Of a DNA stretch of 64,000 nucleotides, positions 59,650 to 64,000 are shown piece by piece; the first letter of the stretch is position 1, and every line of letters begins with the position of its first letter. A program made the position numbers and the translations under genes. The notes beneath the pieces were generated by a model. It ran no database searches. It saw nothing but the letters and a program-made list of their open reading frames with translations, and was not told the origin of the DNA. The stretch is taken from the NCBI GenBank assembly GCA_965215605.1, contig OZ244070.1, positions 3,328,001 through 3,392,000 on the forward strand, written 5' to 3'. Source of the stretch: an uncultured Candidatus Binatia bacterium (GTDB lineage: Bacteria; Desulfobacterota; Binatia; UBA9968; JAJDTQ01).

Positions 59650-59907
59650 ATGATTCAGCCACAAGAGATCGAGGACACGCTGGGACGGGTTTTTCCGGGT
59701 TGCATGGTGCCGATGATCAAGGACCTTACCGGCGGCGGAGACCACTACCAGGTGGTCATCGTGCACGATTCCTTTGCCGGCAAGGGTCTCATCGACCAGC
59801 ACAAGATGGTCTACGATGCGCTCAAGGACGAGCTTGGCGACGAGCGCATCCACGCGCTGTCGCTAAAGACCTTCAGCCCCGAGCAATGGGAAAAATTCGG
59901 CGCCTGA
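59650..59907 (+). CDS. bolA: BolA/IbaG family protein
   Basis: GGGDHY.V.I...F.GK..I.QH.MVY.AL......IHALSLKT..P. Confidence 0.92.
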   Translation: MIQPQEIEDTLGRVFPGCMVPMIKDLTGGGDHYQVVIVHDSFAGKGLIDQHKMVYDALKDELGDERIHALSLKTFSPEQWEKFGA

Positions 59908-60055
59908 CGTTCGCCGGAAACGGGTGACCCGCCGGACGCGCGCAAGCGTCTCGTCTTCCCCGACACCAGGCCCGGGCCGCCAGGGCCATCCGGGAGGTGC
60001 CATCGGACTCTCCGGATCCTGGTGTTGCCACGCCGCAAGCGGGCGGACATGGCGA

Positions 60056-60781
60056 TCAGGCGGCCAGGCTCCCCATCAGGCTGCCGTAGCCGCTGACCTT
60101 CTCCTTGATCCGGATCAGGTGCAGCGCATACCAGATGTAGGCCTGGCAACTGGTCACAACGGGCTTGCCGATCTCGTGCTCCAGCAGCTCCACGTCCTCG
60201 ATGGTGGGCCAGCGCGGACACGGGATGAAGATGCCGTCCGCTTCGGGGGCCTTTTCGTAAAGACGCTTGGCAATCTTGTAGGCGGCGTGCACCGGCAGAT
60301 CGGAGATGGCCGAGTTCTTGCGCACTCCATACCCCTCGATCCGCAGCACCTCGAAGCCGGAAGCCTCGAGAAAGGCCTTCATGCGGGCGTTCAGGTCGTC
60401 TTCGTGGGGGGTGGCCACCACCAGGCGCTGCAGCCCCATGGCCTTGAGGGCCTCGACCTCGCCGGTAATCCCGGCGGTGATGGGGACGCCGGTCTTCTCG
60501 GTGAGCCGCCGGCCCATCTCGATGTCGCTGCCGTGGCCCAGCCTGGTGAAGAGCGGAGAGCCGCCGAGGATGATCACGTCGCAGCCGTTGTCCGCCAGGT
60601 CCAGCGCCGCTTCCTCGATGCGCTCGAGCTGGCGCTCGAAGTCGGCGTCCACCAGTTGCCGGATGGTGCCGGTGCTGTTGAGCAACTGGAACCCCTCGGG
60701 CAGCATGCGATAGAACTCGTATACGAGAGTGTCTCCCCGGGACGGGGCCACATGGCCCACACGCGCGCGCCAACCGTACAT
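60056..60781 (-). CDS. Maleate isomerase/arylmalonate decarboxylase family protein
   Basis: GWRARVG..P, VATP......N....FL...GF.V, ADGIFIPC, E...GKPVVTS.Q. Confidence 0.82.
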   Translation of the reverse strand: MYGWRARVGHVAPSRGDTLVYEFYRMLPEGFQLLNSTGTIRQLVDADFERQLERIEEAALDLADNGCDVIILGGSPLFTRLGHGSDIEMGRRLTEKTGVPITAGITGEVEALKAMGLQRLVVATPHEDDLNARMKAFLEASGFEVLRIEGYGVRKNSAISDLPVHAAYKIAKRLYEKAPEADGIFIPCPRWPTIEDVELLEHEIGKPVVTSCQAYIWYALHLIRIKEKVSGYGSLMGSLAA

Positions 60782-60792
60782 GATGAGCCTCC

Positions 60793-61395
60793 TCAAACCG
60801 AGGTGGTCGCGCGAAGATCCAGGCAGTGCTCGATCTCCGTGAAAACCTCGTTGAAATGCATGACCCGGGTGACGCCGGGATGCGCAAAGTCGCGGTTGTA
60901 AGGATGGTGCGGCATCAACACCCGGGCGTTGGTATGCTCGGCCACGTCCTGGCAGTTCTCGTAGTTGTCATCGACGAACAGCACCACTCCGAGCTTCTCC
61001 ACCACCGCGGATTTCTCGTTCTCCACCAAGTGCACGTCGGGGTTGGTGATGCCGTGCCGCCGGAACCACTCCGACGTGACCCCGTGAATGTCCCAGCTTT
61101 CGTGGCCGGTCCGGTGGGTGATGAACGAGAGTTGCCCGCCTTGGCTGAAGTGTTCCAGCCGCCGCCACTGCTCGGGGCTGAGGAGCGAATCCAGCCCGCC
61201 CCAGAAATCCGGGTCCCGCCGCACGGCGTCCGCGCAATCTCTCACCGCCTCCTCGGTCAGTACGGGATGCGCCGAAAGGCGTACGCTCCGCAACGACTCC
61301 GCCGGGATCGGTCCCTTGCCGATGCGCTTTTCCAGACGGAGAAGGAAGGGAGAGAGAAAATCCGCCAACACGCCGTCGATGTCCAGCCCCACCAT
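60793..61395 (-). CDS. HAD-superfamily 5'(3')-nucleotidase-like protein (start uncertain)
   Basis: GLDIDGVLADF (DxD), FIT.R, K, FVDD, PYNR. Confidence 0.8.
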   Translation of the reverse strand: MVGLDIDGVLADFLSPFLLRLEKRIGKGPIPAESLRSVRLSAHPVLTEEAVRDCADAVRRDPDFWGGLDSLLSPEQWRRLEHFSQGGQLSFITHRTGHESWDIHGVTSEWFRRHGITNPDVHLVENEKSAVVEKLGVVLFVDDNYENCQDVAEHTNARVLMPHHPYNRDFAHPGVTRVMHFNEVFTEIEHCLDLRATTSV

Positions 61396-61542
61396 CGTGG
61401 GCCAAAGCTTACGTAATCGAGGCGTGCGCTGCAACGCGCCAGTGCGCCAGGGTACAGACAAAGTTCCGCTCTACGCCCTTGGAGTGGGTCTTCCCGGATT
61501 GTCTGGTGCCGATGATCAAGGGTTTCGCCGCCCGGTTGACAA

Positions 61543-61593
61543 ATGTCGATCATTCCGTCATTTTTACCGTAAAAATAACGGAAACGTCGACAT
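61543..61593. promoter_or_regulatory. Long AT-rich inverted repeat between a TTGACA box and the AAA/DUF4143 start codon
   Basis: TTCCGTCATTTTTAC-C-GTAAAAATAACGGAA (1 mismatch) with outer arms ATGTCGA/TCGACAT; TTGACA at 61536-61541. Confidence 0.6.
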
Positions 61594-62761
61594 GTACTCC
61601 AGGATACTCGATCTGCCCGAAAAGAGTTTCTTCCTGTTCGGCCCGCGTGGCACCGGAAAATCCGTGTGGCTGGAGCAACGTCTCGGTCACGCGGACCTGA
61701 GCATTAATCTCCTCAAGTCCGGCGAGTATCTTCGATACAAGCGGGACCCCTCCCTTCTCGCTCAGGAAGCAGCCGCATTGCGCAACCGGCGGCCCTGGAT
61801 CATTATCGACGAGGTGCAAAAGCTGCCGGAGTTGCTCGACGAGGTTCATGCCCTCCTATTCGAGAGCGGACAGGGTTATCGGTTTGCACTGTCCGGGTCC
61901 AGCGCCCGGAAGCTCAAGCGGCCCCATGCCAACATGCTTGCGGGCCGCGCCCTTTTGAAACGGATGTTTCCACTGAGCATGCTTGAAGTCCGCGAGGACT
62001 TCAGCCTGCCGGACGCTCTGCGTTACGGACAGTTGCCCTTGAGCGTGACATCGGTCTCCCGGACCGAGAAGGTCGAGTTCCTGGACGCCTACATCGAGAC
62101 CTATCTGAAGGAAGAGATTCAGCAGGAAGCTCTGGTCAGGAACCTTGACAGTTTCTACCGGTTCCTGTCAGTCGCCGGCATGATGAGCGGGCAGTTGCTG
62201 AACATCGCCAATATCGCCCGGGATGTGGGCGTCGCCAGGTCCACCGTCCAAGGCTATTTCGGCATCCTGGAAGACACCTTGCTGGGCTGGTACCTGCCCG
62301 CCTACCGCAACAAGGCAAAGGTCAAGGAGGTGGCTCACCCCAAGTTCTACCTGTTCGATTGCGGCGTGCAGCGTGCCCTGGTGGGGAGGCACCGGGACGA
62401 ACCCTCGGCGGTCGAGACCGGCGCCTTGTTCGAAGCCTTCGTTTTGAATGAGTTCAGGGCGCTCAACGCGTGGCGGGCTCACGGCGCGCAGTTCTTCTAC
62501 TGGCGCACGGAAGCAGGCAACGAAGTGGACCTGATCTGGAAGAGGGGGGAGCAGGCCGCAGGCTTTGAAATCAAGTCGTCCAATGTCTGGCAAGAGAAAT
62601 TCAACAAGGGATTGAATGTCCTGTTGCAGACCGGTGACATCGGGCATGCTTTCGGCGTGTATCGCGGCGAACGGGTTCTGAAGGTCGGAAAGGTGACGGT
62701 GCTCCCTTACAAGAAGGCTATCGAGATGGTGCTGGAAGGGAGTTTCGTTCCAGCGATTTGA
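61592..62761 (+). CDS. AAA_14 ATPase with C-terminal DUF4143 (PD-(D/E)XK-like) domain
   Basis: GPRGTGKS, IIDEVQK, LSGSS, LAGR, PKFYLFD.G, YWRT..G.EVD....FEIKS. Confidence 0.9.
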   Translation: MYSRILDLPEKSFFLFGPRGTGKSVWLEQRLGHADLSINLLKSGEYLRYKRDPSLLAQEAAALRNRRPWIIIDEVQKLPELLDEVHALLFESGQGYRFALSGSSARKLKRPHANMLAGRALLKRMFPLSMLEVREDFSLPDALRYGQLPLSVTSVSRTEKVEFLDAYIETYLKEEIQQEALVRNLDSFYRFLSVAGMMSGQLLNIANIARDVGVARSTVQGYFGILEDTLLGWYLPAYRNKAKVKEVAHPKFYLFDCGVQRALVGRHRDEPSAVETGALFEAFVLNEFRALNAWRAHGAQFFYWRTEAGNEVDLIWKRGEQAAGFEIKSSNVWQEKFNKGLNVLLQTGDIGHAFGVYRGERVLKVGKVTVLPYKKAIEMVLEGSFVPAI

Positions 62762-63026
62762 CCGGTCAGAGCGGGATGCGCCGCAACGGGCGGCGGCCGA
62801 TGCGAGTACGCGCTCCGTTCCTTGACGAACCGCAACCGGTCGGATACAAATCATTTTTTCTTCAGGCATACCGCAACACCCGCCCGCTTTCCTCTGAATC
62901 AACCGGAGCTCGAAGCGCAGGACCGTCGGGTCGTCGGTGGCGGCGTATCGTCTTTGCCGCGCACGGGCACGCTCACCGGGACATGAACCACCGGGAGCGG
63001 TTGCGTTCAACCAGTCAGGAGAGGTC

Positions 63027-64000
63027 ATGGCCAGAGTCGGTTTCGCACTTGGATACGGAAAGTTCACCAACGTCCGGGAAATCGCCGATCTCATGCGGCG
63101 GGCCGAGGAAAAGGGGTTCGAGATGGGCTTCTTTTCCGAGACCATCGAGCTCATGCGCGACTCGGTGTCGGCCATGTCGGCCATGGGTCTGGCCACCTCC
63201 AAGGTGACGCTGGGGGCCACCCAGATCGTCCGTTTGCGCACGCCCATCTGCATGGCCCAGTCGCTGATGACGCTGGACGAGATGACCGGCGGGCGCATCA
63301 CCCTGGCGCCTGGCGCCTGTACGCGAAGCCACGCCCGGGTCCACGCCATGGAGCACCAGAATCCCCCGCAGGTGCTCAAGGAGTACATCGAGTCCATGCG
63401 GCTGCTCTTCACCGGCGAGAAGGTCGACTATGACGGACAGTTCGTCAAGTTCAAGAACGTCGGCATCGGCTGGAAACCGCTCCGCGCCAACATCCCGCTC
63501 TACATCCCGGCCACCGCCCGGCCGGGCCTGAAGCTGGCCGGCCAGATCGGCGACGGCGTGGTGCTGAACGCGGTCTGCTCGCCGGAGTACACCGCCAACG
63601 CCCTCAAGATCATCAAGGACGCGGCCGAGGAGGCAGGGCGCGACTTCTCCAAGTTCGAGGTCGCCCAGTTGATCAATTGCTCCATCGCCGACGACCACCA
63701 GAAGGCCCTGGACGCCATCCGCTGGGAGGTGGCCACCAAGCTCGACCCCGTCCAGCTCCCGTTCATCGCCCGCCCCAAGATGAAGGTGGGCGAGCCCTAC
63801 ATCCACGAGGAAGACATCCCGACTTTCGAAAAGGCCCATGCCGAGGGCGGCATGGAGGCGCTCATCAAGGCCATCCCCGACTCCTACGTGGAAGGCATGA
63901 CCGCCAGCGGCACCCCCGACGAGGTCAAGGCGCGGGTGCAGCAGTACCGTGACGCGGGCGTCAAGATCCCGCTGCTGCGGCCGGCGGCGGCGGACCAGAC
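63027..64000 (+). CDS. LLM-class flavin/F420-dependent oxidoreductase (3' end outside window)
   Basis: Not in the ORF track because there is no stop in the window. Reads MARVGFALGY...AEEKGF...AT.KV.LG...TLDE.TGGR..L.....IP.YI.A......LAG.IGDG; RBS AGGAGAGG. Confidence 0.85.
   Translation, partial: MARVGFALGYGKFTNVREIADLMRRAEEKGFEMGFFSETIELMRDSVSAMSAMGLATSKVTLGATQIVRLRTPICMAQSLMTLDEMTGGRITLAPGACTRSHARVHAMEHQNPPQVLKEYIESMRLLFTGEKVDYDGQFVKFKNVGIGWKPLRANIPLYIPATARPGLKLAGQIGDGVVLNAVCSPEYTANALKIIKDAAEEAGRDFSKFEVAQLINCSIADDHQKALDAIRWEVATKLDPVQLPFIARPKMKVGEPYIHEEDIPTFEKAHAEGGMEALIKAIPDSYVEGMTASGTPDEVKARVQQYRDAGVKIPLLRPAAADQ

Overview
High-GC bacterial chromosomal segment (roughly 65-70% GC by eye). 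Gene content suggests a Deltaproteobacteria/Binatia-like organism, possibly a sponge symbiont; that is an inference only. About 54 CDSs are supported. They include a 5'-truncated Calx-beta/autotransporter-type adhesin, tandem ThDP-enzyme paralogs, a NitT/TauT ABC importer, a glcG-bicupin-eutA-thrC unit, a lower-GC island (DUF4011 SF1 helicase-nuclease with a GreA/B C-terminal domain, plus mazEF), ald, folD-gcvTHP, tatA and an IS630 with related miniature ends. Two features the ORF track misses stand out. (1) Two UGA-recoded selenoprotein genes: a 74-aa glutaredoxin-like 'UXX-star' protein with two in-frame UGAs (11155..11379, -) and a UxxC peroxiredoxin-like protein (59033..59539, +). Each UGA is followed by a SECIS-like hairpin. 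(2) A SAM-I riboswitch heading a moeB-like / threonine-synthase-like / ubiquitin-like sulfur carrier (ending GG-M) / cysteine synthase operon, which looks like a protein-thiocarboxylate route to homocysteine and cysteine. No rRNA, tRNA or CRISPR array was seen. All calls come from reading motifs by eye; no searches were run.
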